Source of the DNA: Verrucomicrobiota bacterium
GTDB taxonomy: Bacteria > Verrucomicrobiota > Verrucomicrobiia > Opitutales > Seribacteraceae
Direction: 5' to 3'
Assembly (NCBI GenBank): GCA_027622665.1
Contig: JAQBYT010000001.1
Span: forward strand, 288,001 to 352,000
DNA length: 64,000 bases
Shown here piece after piece: positions 10,504-20,428 of this stretch; position 1 is the stretch's first letter, and every line of letters starts with the position of its first letter. The notes under the pieces were generated by a model. The model saw nothing but the letters and a program-made list of their open reading frames with translations. It did no database searches and was not told the DNA's origin. Made by a program: the position numbers and the translations under genes.

Positions 10504-13500
10504 CTAGAGGGCATCTTCACCCTTAACTCGAATATCAAGACAGAGACTTTGCATTTCCTTCATGAGAACATTAAAGGATTGCGGCGTGCTTGCCTGTAAT
10601 GAATTGTCTCCCTTCACTAAATTTTCATAAATTTTAGTACGACCCGAAACATCATCGGATTTGACAGTCAAAATTTCCTGCAAAGTATAAGCCGCACCAT
10701 AGGCTTCAAGCGCCCAGACTTCCATCTCTCCAAATCGTTGCCCCCCATATTGAGCCTTTCCGCCCAAGGGTTGCTGGGTTATCAAACTGTATGGACCGAC
10801 TGCCCGAGCATGGATTTTGCCGGACACAAGGTGATTCAGTTTCAACATATACATATACCCGACAACCACTTCCTGAAAGAAGCGTTCGCCTGTACAACCG
10901 TCCACGAGTTCGGTCTTTCCTGTTTCAGGAAGCCCGGCTTGCCGTAGGTATTCCTGTATATTTTTTTCGGGGATTCCATCGAAAATTGGCGTGGCGACAG
11001 TTAATCCAAGCTTCTTGCAAGCCCATCCTAAATGAGTCTCCAAGACCTGGCCGACATTCATGCGACTAGGAACACCTAGCGGATTCAAGCAAATCTCAAT
11101 GGGTGTACCATCGGGCATAAAAGGCATGTCCTCTTCTGCCACAATTTTAGCCACAACCCCCTTATTGCCATGACGACCTGCCATCTTGTCACCAACTCGA
11201 ATCTTTTGTTTTTTTGCGACAAAAACACGGACATTTTTGATCGCTCCTTGATCAATCGGATCGCCATGCTCGATTGCTTCTATTTGTCGATCGCGATCAT
11301 CATCGAGATCCTTGAACTTGCTCTCGTAGCCTTCTATAATCTCGAAGACTTTTATTCGAACGGGAGATGGCGGAATATCGACATATCGATGCACGGAAGA
11401 CACTCGCCTCAAAAGAGTTTTGGTTATCTTGCGGTTCGCAGGAATAATTACATCTCCTGTATCAGAATTCTTTACATTTAGAGGAATTTTTTCGCCGAGA
11501 AGAATGTTGGAAAGCGATTCCGTTAGCTGGGAACGCAAATCATCACTTTGGTTTCGGTAATCTTCCTTGATTTGTTTGATTTGACGGGGGTTGTCGGAGG
11601 GGGACAGTTTCTCTTGCTCTGCTTCGGTCCGGCTGGAAATCTTTATGTTCATTACAATCCCAAAAGTTCCCGACGGCACCTTGAGAGAACTGTCCTTCAC
11701 ATCTGCAGCCTTTTCGCCGAAAATAGCCCGTAGAAGTTTCTCTTCGGGTGCTAAGTCAGTCTCACTTTTAGGAGTGATTTTTCCAACAAGAATGTCGCCG
11801 GGTTTTACCTCGGCTCCTATGCGAACTACTCCGCGATGATCCAAATTGCGAAGCGCTTCTTCACCTGCGTTGGGAATGTCCCGAGTAATTTCTTCCGGAC
11901 CCAGCTTCGTGTCTCGTGCCGTTACCTCAAATTCTTCAATATGGATGGATGTGTAGATATCATCCTTAATCATTTTCTCAGATATCAGAATTGCATCTTC
12001 GAAATTATAACCCTTCCATGGCATGAAGGCCACAAGGATGTTACGCCCAAGTGCCAGTTCGCCATCTTGTGTGCAAGCGCCATCTGCAAGAGATTGGCCA
12101 ACGCTTACCTTATCGCCTTTGCGAACTATTGGTTTTTGGTTAAAGCATGTTCCGGAGTTAGACCGCAAAAATTTGCGCAAATCATAGCAATGAATACCGC
12201 GCTTAGGATCACTTTTGGGTTCCCGCAAGAAACGAGCGGGTAGGTTTCCATCGTCAGTGACGACAATACGGTTGGCGTCCGCTAAAGCCACGATACCTTC
12301 CGAGTCGGAAGTGCTCACAGTTTTAGAATCTTTCGCTACCCTGTGTTCAATGCCGGTGCCGACCAAGGGAGCTTCGGTCTGCAGCAAAGGAACGGCTTGC
12401 CTCTGCATGTTAGCACCCATGAGAGCTCGGTTCGCATCATCGTGCTCAATAAAAGGTATAAGCCCTGCAGCCACCGAAACAACTTGCTTCGGCGATATGT
12501 CCATAAAGTCGATCTTCGCAGGCTCAAATTCAGCCACTGTGTCACGATAGCGACAAGTCGGGCGACCCTTTAACTTGTTCGTCTTTGGATCGACTTCAGA
12601 GTTCGCTTGGGCAATTCGAAAACTCTCTTCCCGAAAAGCATTCAAATAGGTGACGTCCTTTGTTTTTTTGTTAACTACTCCATCAACTACGGGATGGTAA
12701 GGTGATTGCAAAAAACCAAATTCGTCGATTTTCGCATACGTGCTGAGAGTATTAATTAATCCAATATTGGGTCCTTCCGGAGTCTCAATAGGGCAAATTC
12801 GACCGTAATGGGTAGGGTGCACGTCACGGACTTCAAATCCTGCGCGTTCACGGTTTAATCCACCTGGCCCGAGTGCGGAAAGACGCCGCTTGTGGGTAAT
12901 TTCAGCCAGAGGATTAATCTGGTCCATAAATTGGCTAAGCTGACTACGGGCGAAAAAGTCTCTTAGCACGGTGGTCAACGCTTTGGGATTGATAAGTTTG
13001 CCAGGAGTAAGCGAATCAACGCCTTGATCATATAAGGTCATACGTTCACGAACCACTCGCTCAGTGCGAGCCAAACCGCTTCGACAAACGTTAGCCAATA
13101 GTTCGCCGACAGTTCGGACGCGTCTATTTCCCAAGTGGTCAATATCGTCAATCCCCATCTCGAAAATAGAGCCCGCATCTTTACGGGCTTGCTCTTCGCT
13201 ACTTATACCTCGCTTTAGCTGCGTCAATCTCTTGGTCGCTGCTACGATATCTTCCACAGTCGTTACACGCACATCCAAAGGAGTGTCCAAGCCTAGCTTT
13301 AAATTAAGCATATGACGACCGACACGGGCTAAATCATAACGCTTCGGATCTTGAAAAAGCCTACGAACGAGAGCCTCGGCGTTCTTGCGCTCGGGCGGTT
13401 CGCCGGGGCGCAACTTTTTATAGATTTCCTTCAGGGCATCTTCTTTATTACGAGAAGCGTCCTTTTTTAGGCAGCGAATAATTGCACCGTCATCGGAAGA

Positions 13501-14370
13501 AGTATCAATAGCCCTCACCTCATTAATGCCAGCTTTCCGAAAAGCCCTCAAATAAGTCTTGGTGAGGGGCTCAAACGCCTTAGCCAAAACCACTCCCTTA
13601 GCACGGTCAAACATAGGTTCGACCAAAACATAACTGGAGACATTTTCCTGGTCCAACAAATCACCAACCTTGAGACTTTCAATTTCATAGAAAAGCTCGA
13701 GAAGCTTTTGGTCGGAATCAGTATCCTTTTCCGGGTCCCAATCGAGAAGCGCTCGCAAGAAAGTAGTAATAAGAAATTTGCGGCGACGACGACGGCGGTC
13801 CAAATAGACATACAGCAAATCATGCTGATCGAACTGCGCTTCGATCCAAGTGCCCCGATCAGGGATGATTCGAAACGCATGAAGAGTCTTGCCGCTGGTA
13901 TGTGTAGTTTCCTCAAAGCTTACCCCCGGAGACCGATGCAATTGGCTAACGACAACGCGTTCAGCTCCATTAATTACGAAGGATCCGCGATCCGTAATAA
14001 TGGGAATCTCGCCCATAAAAATCTCCTCTTCGCTAAAGAAAGGTTTGCTCTGACCTTCTAACTCCATCCGCAAGCGCAACTTTAACTGCAGGGGTGCGGA
14101 ATAAGAGCACTTTTCCCGAATGCACTCCATCTCGCTAAATTTGGGTTCCCCGATCGCGTAACTGACATATTCCAAAAGAGAACGCTCATCATAACTAAGG
14201 ATAGGAAAAACTTCTCGAAATACTGCCTCAAGACCTATAGGCTTGCGATGTGTATGAGGCACATCTTTTTGGAAGAAGTCGCGAAAGGAATCAATCTGAT
14301 TCAAAATCAGATTGGGTGGCTCGATGACTTCTTTGAGTTTTCCGAAGTTTAGACGATCGTTGACGGACAT
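10504..14370 (-). CDS. rpoB: DNA-directed RNA polymerase subunit beta
   Basis: SQLSQFMDQ, GDKMAGRHGNKG, GGQRFGEME. Confidence 0.99.
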   Translation of the reverse strand: MSVNDRLNFGKLKEVIEPPNLILNQIDSFRDFFQKDVPHTHRKPIGLEAVFREVFPILSYDERSLLEYVSYAIGEPKFSEMECIREKCSYSAPLQLKLRLRMELEGQSKPFFSEEEIFMGEIPIITDRGSFVINGAERVVVSQLHRSPGVSFEETTHTSGKTLHAFRIIPDRGTWIEAQFDQHDLLYVYLDRRRRRRKFLITTFLRALLDWDPEKDTDSDQKLLELFYEIESLKVGDLLDQENVSSYVLVEPMFDRAKGVVLAKAFEPLTKTYLRAFRKAGINEVRAIDTSSDDGAIIRCLKKDASRNKEDALKEIYKKLRPGEPPERKNAEALVRRLFQDPKRYDLARVGRHMLNLKLGLDTPLDVRVTTVEDIVAATKRLTQLKRGISSEEQARKDAGSIFEMGIDDIDHLGNRRVRTVGELLANVCRSGLARTERVVRERMTLYDQGVDSLTPGKLINPKALTTVLRDFFARSQLSQFMDQINPLAEITHKRRLSALGPGGLNRERAGFEVRDVHPTHYGRICPIETPEGPNIGLINTLSTYAKIDEFGFLQSPYHPVVDGVVNKKTKDVTYLNAFREESFRIAQANSEVDPKTNKLKGRPTCRYRDTVAEFEPAKIDFMDISPKQVVSVAAGLIPFIEHDDANRALMGANMQRQAVPLLQTEAPLVGTGIEHRVAKDSKTVSTSDSEGIVALADANRIVVTDDGNLPARFLREPKSDPKRGIHCYDLRKFLRSNSGTCFNQKPIVRKGDKVSVGQSLADGACTQDGELALGRNILVAFMPWKGYNFEDAILISEKMIKDDIYTSIHIEEFEVTARDTKLGPEEITRDIPNAGEEALRNLDHRGVVRIGAEVKPGDILVGKITPKSETDLAPEEKLLRAIFGEKAADVKDSSLKVPSGTFGIVMNIKISSRTEAEQEKLSPSDNPRQIKQIKEDYRNQSDDLRSQLTESLSNILLGEKIPLNVKNSDTGDVIIPANRKITKTLLRRVSSVHRYVDIPPSPVRIKVFEIIEGYESKFKDLDDDRDRQIEAIEHGDPIDQGAIKNVRVFVAKKQKIRVGDKMAGRHGNKGVVAKIVAEEDMPFMPDGTPIEICLNPLGVPSRMNVGQVLETHLGWACKKLGLTVATPIFDGIPEKNIQEYLRQAGLPETGKTELVDGCTGERFFQEVVVGYMYMLKLNHLVSGKIHARAVGPYSLITQQPLGGKAQYGGQRFGEMEVWALEAYGAAYTLQEILTVKSDDVSGRTKIYENLVKGDNSLQASTPQSFNVLMKEMQSLCLDIRVKGEDAL

Positions 14371-14507
14371 AGCTGCGAAATTAGATTAGGGGTGATGGAA
14401 GTGCTCTGATATCAGAGGGGGAATCCGCACATCCCAAGGCAAGGACACACCAAGACGGTGTCCTTTCGGGTGAAGTTTAAGATGGAAACGATAGCGCGGG
14501 TCACCGT

Positions 14508-14897
14508 CTACTTGATCTCGGCTTTAGCACCTGCCGTCTCAAGTTTCTTGACGACTTCTTCGGCATCGCTTTTAGATGCAGCTTCTATGACGGGTTTTGG
14601 CAAGCTTTCGACCAGTTCCTTGGCTTCCCTTAAGCCCAATCCGGTAATTCCCCGCACCTCCTTGATCACGGCGATCTTGTTGCCACCGAAGTCAGTTAGC
14701 ACAACATCGAATTCTGTCTTTTCTTCTGCGGCATCCCCGGCATCTCCACCGCCGCCTGGCATGGCAACTGCAACAGCCGCGGGCGCTGTCGCACTTACTC
14801 CCCATTTTTCTTCGAGCTCTTTGACCAACTCTGCGATTTCGATGACTGACTGACCACTGAGCCAGTCAATTACTTGTTCCTTATTTATCTCTGCCAT
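14508..14897 (-). CDS. rplL: 50S ribosomal protein L7/L12
   Basis: [27 protein letters not shown]...LGLREAK. Confidence 0.98.
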   Translation of the reverse strand: MAEINKEQVIDWLSGQSVIEIAELVKELEEKWGVSATAPAAVAVAMPGGGGDAGDAAEEKTEFDVVLTDFGGNKIAVIKEVRGITGLGLREAKELVESLPKPVIEAASKSDAEEVVKKLETAGAKAEIK

Positions 14898-15053
14898 TGT
14901 ATTTTACCTACTTGCCTTGAATAGGATTAGCGTCGTTGAACTGACATTTAAGGGTTAATTCCCCTAATTTCTTCAAGGTTGGTGGTTATTGATTGCGCCA
15001 ACGCCTCAGACCTTAAAGTCAGAGAGGCGAAGGCAGGAAAGTGTTGTTCTTGA
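14898..15053 (-). promoter_or_regulatory. Structured rplJ-rplL intergenic RNA (candidate regulatory leader of rplL)
   Basis: Stems CGCCUC/GAGGCG (15002-15029) and CCUUGAA/UUCAAGG (14915-14978) with inner AUUAG/CUAAU, GGG/CCC and GUC/GAC. Confidence 0.45.
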
Positions 15054-15563
15054 TTAATCGACCTCGTCAGCTTTGGCTGCAAGGACAGTTACAAATTGTC
15101 TAGCCGGGGTGTTGAATAATGTAACAAGTCGAGTGGCGGGAGTACCCAAAAGAGAAAGAAGTTGAGATTGTAGCGTTTCAAGGTTTGGCAAATCAGCTAA
15201 AATGGAAACTTCTTTCGCTGTAAGTTGCCTATCACCCAAAGATCCGACTTTAACGGAGAGTTTTTGCTTTGACTTCGTAAAAGACTTCAAAACTTTGGCA
15301 GCACCTGAGGGGTCACCCCCAGTAACGATAGCAGTGGGACCAACAAGAAACTCATCTGAAATCGAGATGTTACGTTCAGCTGCGGCAAACTTGAGTGCAC
15401 TGTTCTTAACGATGTGAAACTCCGCTCCTAAGGAGGAAAGCTCACCGCGAAGTTCGTCGGAATCATCAACGGTGAGCCCAGTAAAATCAGCCAGAAAAAC
15501 ATAGTCGGACTTTTCAAGATGTGCTGAAACTTCTACAGCAAGGAATTTTTTTTCAGGTCTCAT
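15054..15563 (-). CDS. rplJ: 50S ribosomal protein L10
   Basis: DFTGLTV...LR...VKN...GPTA; lies between rplA and rplL. Confidence 0.96.
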   Translation of the reverse strand: MRPEKKFLAVEVSAHLEKSDYVFLADFTGLTVDDSDELRGELSSLGAEFHIVKNSALKFAAAERNISISDEFLVGPTAIVTGGDPSGAAKVLKSFTKSKQKLSVKVGSLGDRQLTAKEVSILADLPNLETLQSQLLSLLGTPATRLVTLFNTPARQFVTVLAAKADEVD

Positions 15564-15605
15564 TAGGTCAATTGCTTGATAAATTTAATACAAAAGCAGA
15601 GCCTG

Positions 15606-16298
15606 TCAAAGCTGGGAGAAGACAGAATTGTCGAGGGAAATCGCAGGGCTCATCGTGCTACAGATGCTCATTCGGCGTATATAACGCCCCTTGAAACCAT
15701 CGGGCCGGACTCCAACAATTGCCTTTATCGCCACGAGGGCATTTTCAACCAACTGCGTTGGACTAAACGAACGCTTGCCTAAAATTACGGCAAGGGCACC
15801 AGTCTTGTCCATTTTAAATTCAACTCGACCTGCTTTAACGGCTTGAACGGCCGAATTCACATCGTCAGTTACAGTACCAGCTTTCGGGGTTGGCATTAAC
15901 CCTCGAGGTCCAAGTACGCGTGCTACCGACCTAACCTTCTTCATCGCTTCTGGAGTAGCGATTGCCACATCGAAGTCGCACCAACCATCTTTCACCTTGG
16001 CGACCAAGTCGTCCAAGCCGATGATATCAGCCCCCGAAGACTTAGCCTCTTCAGGCTTTTCAGTGAACACAACTACAACTACTTTACGGCCGCTTCCATG
16101 AGGCAAGTTTACCGTCCCGCGAACTGAATGAGAAGTTTGTTTTGGGTCTACTCCTAATGCAACCGAAAGTTCAACGGTTTCGTCAAACTTAACTTTTTCC
16201 ATTTGGTCTAGCACTTCAATTGCTTGATCCAGCAGATGAGGTTGGGAAAGGTCGGCCTTCTTGGTCGCAGATAGATATCTTTTACTTGGGTTGGACAT
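15606..16298 (-). CDS. rplA: 50S ribosomal protein L1
   Basis: KFDETVE, VRGTVNLPHG, LGPRGLMPTPKAGTVT. Confidence 0.98.
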   Translation of the reverse strand: MSNPSKRYLSATKKADLSQPHLLDQAIEVLDQMEKVKFDETVELSVALGVDPKQTSHSVRGTVNLPHGSGRKVVVVVFTEKPEEAKSSGADIIGLDDLVAKVKDGWCDFDVAIATPEAMKKVRSVARVLGPRGLMPTPKAGTVTDDVNSAVQAVKAGRVEFKMDKTGALAVILGKRSFSPTQLVENALVAIKAIVGVRPDGFKGRYIRRMSICSTMSPAISLDNSVFSQL

Positions 16299-16346
16299 GG
16301 TTATTCAAAAAATAAAGATGAAAAAGGTATCAATGTTCCTTTGTGT

Positions 16347-16772
16347 TCAGTTGGCAATTTCAATACCCATGCTACGGGCAGTGCCGGCAATGATGCGGCA
16401 CGCCGCATCTTCATCTCTGGCATTTAAGTCAGCCTTCTTTGTGGCCACAATTTCTTTCACCTGAGCCATAGTAACCTTACCGATTTTATCCCGATTGGGC
16501 GTGCCCGAACCTTTTGGTACACCGGCTGCCTTTTTTAAAAGCACTGCGGCAGGTGGCGACTTCAGTATGAAACTGAAGGATCGATCGGCATACACGGTTA
16601 TGACGACAGGAAGGATGAGACCGGACTGGTCTTTCGTGCGTGCATTGAACTCTTTGCAGAATTCCATTATGTTTACACCTTGGGAACCCAGAGCCGGGCC
16701 TACGGGTGGTGCGGGATTGGCCGCACCTGCGGGTAGTTGCAAACGAATTTCTCCTACTGCCTTTTTGGACAT
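16347..16772 (-). CDS. rplK: 50S ribosomal protein L11
   Basis: [32 protein letters not shown]. Confidence 0.99.
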   Translation of the reverse strand: MSKKAVGEIRLQLPAGAANPAPPVGPALGSQGVNIMEFCKEFNARTKDQSGLILPVVITVYADRSFSFILKSPPAAVLLKKAAGVPKGSGTPNRDKIGKVTMAQVKEIVATKKADLNARDEDAACRIIAGTARSMGIEIAN

Positions 16773-16788
16773 GATAAATTAAGTTGAA

Positions 16789-17367
16789 TTAGGTTTCGTC
16801 CGCTTTTTCTACCTGCCAGAATTCTAACTCTACAGGTGTAAATCGACCGAAAATAGAAACTGAAATTTTCAAGCTACCTTTTTCCGCGTCAATCTCCTCA
16901 ATGTCACCTGTCAGATTTATGAAAGGCCCATCCAGAATCTTGACGAGCTGCCCAAGTTCGAATTGAACTTTTGGAACTTCCTTTCCTTTAGCTTCTTCTA
17001 CTTGCCTCAAGATATGTCCTATTTCGTCTTCGCGAAGTGGTGTAGGATTGGCGCGTCCTATAAAATTAATTACGCCATCGGTATCTTTAACCTTGTACCA
17101 AGGTTCTTTCAACAAGTTCCCCTCTGTATCAAAAAGGTGCATCTCGACGAATACATATCCCGGGTAAAACTTGCGGTCACGTTGCTTTTTTTGACCGTTT
17201 TTAACCTCTGATACAGTTTCAATCGGAACCAATATCTCCTTAAGGTGCTTAGAAAAGTTTTCGTCATCCTCACGAAAACGAGTCAGAAAACGTCTCACTT
17301 TGTCTTCGTGGTTAGATAGGCATTGAACTGCGTACCAACGAGGTTTACTTGAAACTGTATCGGTCAT
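16789..17367 (-). CDS. nusG: Transcription termination/antitermination factor NusG
   Basis: WYAV...KFYPGYVFV; KOW region with GPF...SIFGRFTPVELEF. Confidence 0.98.
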   Translation of the reverse strand: MTDTVSSKPRWYAVQCLSNHEDKVRRFLTRFREDDENFSKHLKEILVPIETVSEVKNGQKKQRDRKFYPGYVFVEMHLFDTEGNLLKEPWYKVKDTDGVINFIGRANPTPLREDEIGHILRQVEEAKGKEVPKVQFELGQLVKILDGPFINLTGDIEEIDAEKGSLKISVSIFGRFTPVELEFWQVEKADET

Positions 17368-17391
17368 CTTATTTACAAATTCGATACGGAC

Positions 17392-17595
17392 TTAACTTCG
17401 GAGCAAACTAGTGACATAATCGACCCAAGACGAAAGCGAGAAGTCGGCTACTGATATAAAAAAGCCCAGCACGGCGACGCCTGCGATTACGACCCCCGTG
17501 GATTCCCGCAACTCAGATGGGGTCGGCCATGTGGCGCGCTTAAGTTCAATTACGGTTTCAGCGTAAAAAGAACGTATTTTTCGAAAAGGATTCAA
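17392..17595 (-). CDS. secE: Preprotein translocase subunit SecE
   Basis: ELKRATWP motif followed by one TM helix; between tRNA-Trp and nusG; TTG start. Confidence 0.93.
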   Translation of the reverse strand: MNPFRKIRSFYAETVIELKRATWPTPSELRESTGVVIAGVAVLGFFISVADFSLSSWVDYVTSLLRS

Positions 17596-17620
17596 AGTAC
17601 TAATTAATTTGAGAAGAAAA

Positions 17621-17696
17621 TGGCGGGAGAAGAGGGACTCGAACCCTCAGCCTACGGTTTTGGAGACCGTTGCTCTGCCAATTGAGCTATTCTCCC
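17621..17696 (-). tRNA. trpT: tRNA-Trp (CCA)
   Basis: 76-nt cloverleaf GGGAGAATAGCTCAATTGGCAGAGC-AACGGT CT CCA AA ACCGT...GTTCGAGT...TTCTCCCGCCA with encoded CCA. Confidence 0.97.
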
Positions 17697-17776
17697 GAAT
17701 CTCTAACATTGGAAACATAAATCCCTCGAGACCCGGTGAGCATAGTTTGGAAATAAAACAGATGAAAAAATCGGTA

Positions 17777-18979
17777 CTACTCGAGAACATCAGTAATGTT
17801 ACCGGCTCCTATTGTCTTGCCTCCTTCGCGGATGGCAAAACGTTGTCCAGATTCCATCGCTATAGGCTTTTGCAATTCTATGCTCACCCCTAAGTTGTCT
17901 CCAGGCATAACCATCTCAACACCCTCAGGTAATTCTACAACGCCAGTAACATCGGCAGTGCCAAAAAAGAATTGGGGGCGATAGCCCTTGAAAAACGGGG
18001 TGTGGCGACCACCTTCATCTTTATTCAGCACATAAATTTGAGCTTTGGCCTTGGCGTGCGGTTTTATGGTGCCTGGCTTAGCAATTACATGACCACGCTG
18101 AACATCATCTTTCTCAATTCCTCGAAGCAACATTCCGACATTGTCACCGGCTTGTCCTTGCCCAAGTTCCTTGCGAAACATTTCAACTCCCGTACAGATA
18201 GTTTTGATAGAATCGACAAGTCCGACAAGCTCGACTTCCTCGCCGACCTTAACCCTTCCACGCTCTATTCTGCCTGTGGCAACTGTTCCTCGTCCAGTTA
18301 TAGAGAAGACATCTTCAACTGACATCAAAAAAGGTTTGTCAACATCGCGAACTGGTTCTTCAATTTCGCTATCGATGGTTTCCATTAGTTGCTGGATTGC
18401 GGGAAGACCTAGCTCACTCTCATCATCTTCAAGTGCCTTAGTTGCTGAGCCCCGAATGATTTTGGCGTTGTCTCCGTCAAACTCATACTTGCTAAGCAAA
18501 TCCCGTATTTCCATATCTACCAACTCAACAAGTTCCTCATCGTCACCTTGCATGAGATCGCATTTATTGAGAAAAACAACGACATTAGGTACATCAACTT
18601 GACGGGCCAATAATATATGTTCTCGGGTCTGTGGCATTGGTCCAGTCGTGGCGTCAACAACAAGGATGGCTCCATCCATTTGAGCAGCTCCAGTAATCAT
18701 GTTTTTGACGAAATCGGCGTGCCCCGGGCAATCGACATGCGCATAGTGACGATTGTCCGACTCATACTCAACATGAGACAGGGCAATAGTCACAATTTTG
18801 GAAGAGTCGCGAACGGTCCCTCCTTTTGCGATATCAGCATAACTTTTTATCTGGGCAAAACCTTTTTTGGATTGTGCGTGAAGAATAGCAGCAGTCAATG
18901 TGGTCTTACCATGATCCACATGACCTATCGTGCCGACGTTAACATGAGGTTTTGTGCGTTCGAACTTTTCTTTGGCCAT
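17777..18979 (-). CDS. tuf: Elongation factor Tu
   Basis: [47 protein letters not shown]; true start is the ATG at 18979 (the ORF-track extension overlaps tRNA-Thr). Confidence 0.99.
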   Translation of the reverse strand: MAKEKFERTKPHVNVGTIGHVDHGKTTLTAAILHAQSKKGFAQIKSYADIAKGGTVRDSSKIVTIALSHVEYESDNRHYAHVDCPGHADFVKNMITGAAQMDGAILVVDATTGPMPQTREHILLARQVDVPNVVVFLNKCDLMQGDDEELVELVDMEIRDLLSKYEFDGDNAKIIRGSATKALEDDESELGLPAIQQLMETIDSEIEEPVRDVDKPFLMSVEDVFSITGRGTVATGRIERGRVKVGEEVELVGLVDSIKTICTGVEMFRKELGQGQAGDNVGMLLRGIEKDDVQRGHVIAKPGTIKPHAKAKAQIYVLNKDEGGRHTPFFKGYRPQFFFGTADVTGVVELPEGVEMVMPGDNLGVSIELQKPIAMESGQRFAIREGGKTIGAGNITDVLE

Positions 18980-19024
18980 TAGTGCGGTTTTGTTAAAGTA
19001 TTTTAAACTATGAAAAATTTTGCG

Positions 19025-19100
<76 letters not shown>

Positions 19101-19256
19101 GAGAAAAAGCATGAGTCACAAGTGAGATGTAAATCGAGGTTACAAGGGTGGACAAAAAGCTGAAGCTGGAATTCAGGGTAAATCGAAGTGGAATATCAAG
19201 ACGAGAAAACCGAATCTCGTCAAGAGTATTCCGAACTTTACAAAAGTTCGCTAAAA

Positions 19257-19979
19257 TCAAGGGGCAACGGTTGCAAGGTAGTAACCATCCGCCAAAGCCA
19301 TTGAAGGAGCAAGTTCGAGAATCTCGCTCAACAAAAGTTCATCTACAATTTCATTGCCTGAAGATTTCGCCGATACGGGTGGACCAGCTAAAGTGTTGTT
19401 GAGTATCGTAAAGACACACTCCACTTTTCGCCATAGTTCCCCATCCCCCACTTGCTTCAGGTTTGTCAAGGGGAAGGGAAGAGAAATAACGGGGTTCTGC
19501 CGACCATGCACAAAAACGTGAAGAATGGGATGGGTGTGTTCATATTTGGCAAAAAGTGGCTTCTCTGACTTGCCAAAGGTTGAGAGAGGCCGCCTCAGGA
19601 AGGTTGAGCTTAAAATATTATTGGTCGATGGCGGCAACAGCATTTCGCGTTCCGTCAAAGCCTCTACCCACGGATCGCCTACAGCAAAAGATGGAGGATA
19701 TGAGTCCAGTCCCGGTGAAGCCGGTAGGCGTGTTGAAAGATCAGAAGTTCCTTCGGAATAGTCGCTTGGTAAATAAATGATGGATGAATCTAAGAATAAC
19801 AAATTGTCCAAGAGAATTGACGAAGGTGGCTCCATTCGGACCCAAGGTTGTGGATCCATAGATTGGGCAGGCAGCCCGTAGGTCTTAAATGGCTCATAAA
19901 TTTGTGCGACGGTAAAAGCTCCTGCAAAAACAATCGAAAGTATCGCAAAAAACAAACCGTTACCAAACAATGCATTCAT
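19257..19979 (-). CDS. Membrane-anchored TonB/TolA-like energy transducer (putative)
   Basis: N-terminal TM, Pro/Ser-rich linker, C-terminal VECVFTI...KSSGNEIVD resembling TonB_C; downstream of exbD. Confidence 0.55.
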   Translation of the reverse strand: MNALFGNGLFFAILSIVFAGAFTVAQIYEPFKTYGLPAQSMDPQPWVRMEPPSSILLDNLLFLDSSIIYLPSDYSEGTSDLSTRLPASPGLDSYPPSFAVGDPWVEALTEREMLLPPSTNNILSSTFLRRPLSTFGKSEKPLFAKYEHTHPILHVFVHGRQNPVISLPFPLTNLKQVGDGELWRKVECVFTILNNTLAGPPVSAKSSGNEIVDELLLSEILELAPSMALADGYYLATVAP

Positions 19980-20428
19980 GGTAGAAATGAATCTTTTGGA
20001 TTTACGCCCACGAGAATAGTTTCAACCCTTCGGGCACGCAACATATCGCAGATTCGTACGAATGACTCGATCCTCACCTCCCGATCGGCCCGAACTAGCA
20101 GGCTTAGATTTCCCGACGCGGGCTTTTTCAAACGAATCAGTGCTTGATCTAATGTCTCGAAGGATAGCCGTTCTCCATTGAGAAATATCATCCCGTTTAT
20201 CCCGATGAAAAGAGTTCCATGGCATAACCTACTATCGATAATTTCTGACCCAGTTGAAGCTGACGGCAGTTCAACTGCCATGCCTTGAGATTTCAACTGC
20301 TGATTTTGGCTTAAATATAAAGAAAAGCCAAACAACAGAATAAGGTCCAGAAAGGGGGCAGAAAAGGGAGCTCGGCGAGCTCGTGTGCGATCATCTAAAA
20401 ACTCAAAACGCTTGAGAGTTGATTTCAA
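19976..20428 (-). CDS. exbD: ExbD/TolR family biopolymer transporter
   Basis: TM with conserved Asp (APFLDLILL), VELPSA, LLVRADREV. Confidence 0.85.
   Translation of the reverse strand: MKSTLKRFEFLDDRTRARRAPFSAPFLDLILLFGFSLYLSQNQQLKSQGMAVELPSASTGSEIIDSRLCHGTLFIGINGMIFLNGERLSFETLDQALIRLKKPASGNLSLLVRADREVRIESFVRICDMLRARRVETILVGVNPKDSFLP

Noticed and set aside
12850..12960. Rifampicin-resistance substitutions in RpoB cluster I
   Set aside because: SQFMDQ...HKRRLSALG keeps the sensitive-type Q, D, H and S residues.
17609..17893. 94-aa plus-strand ORF, and the similar ORFs at 19063-19260 and 37511-37741
   Set aside because: They are translations across tRNA genes, not proteins.
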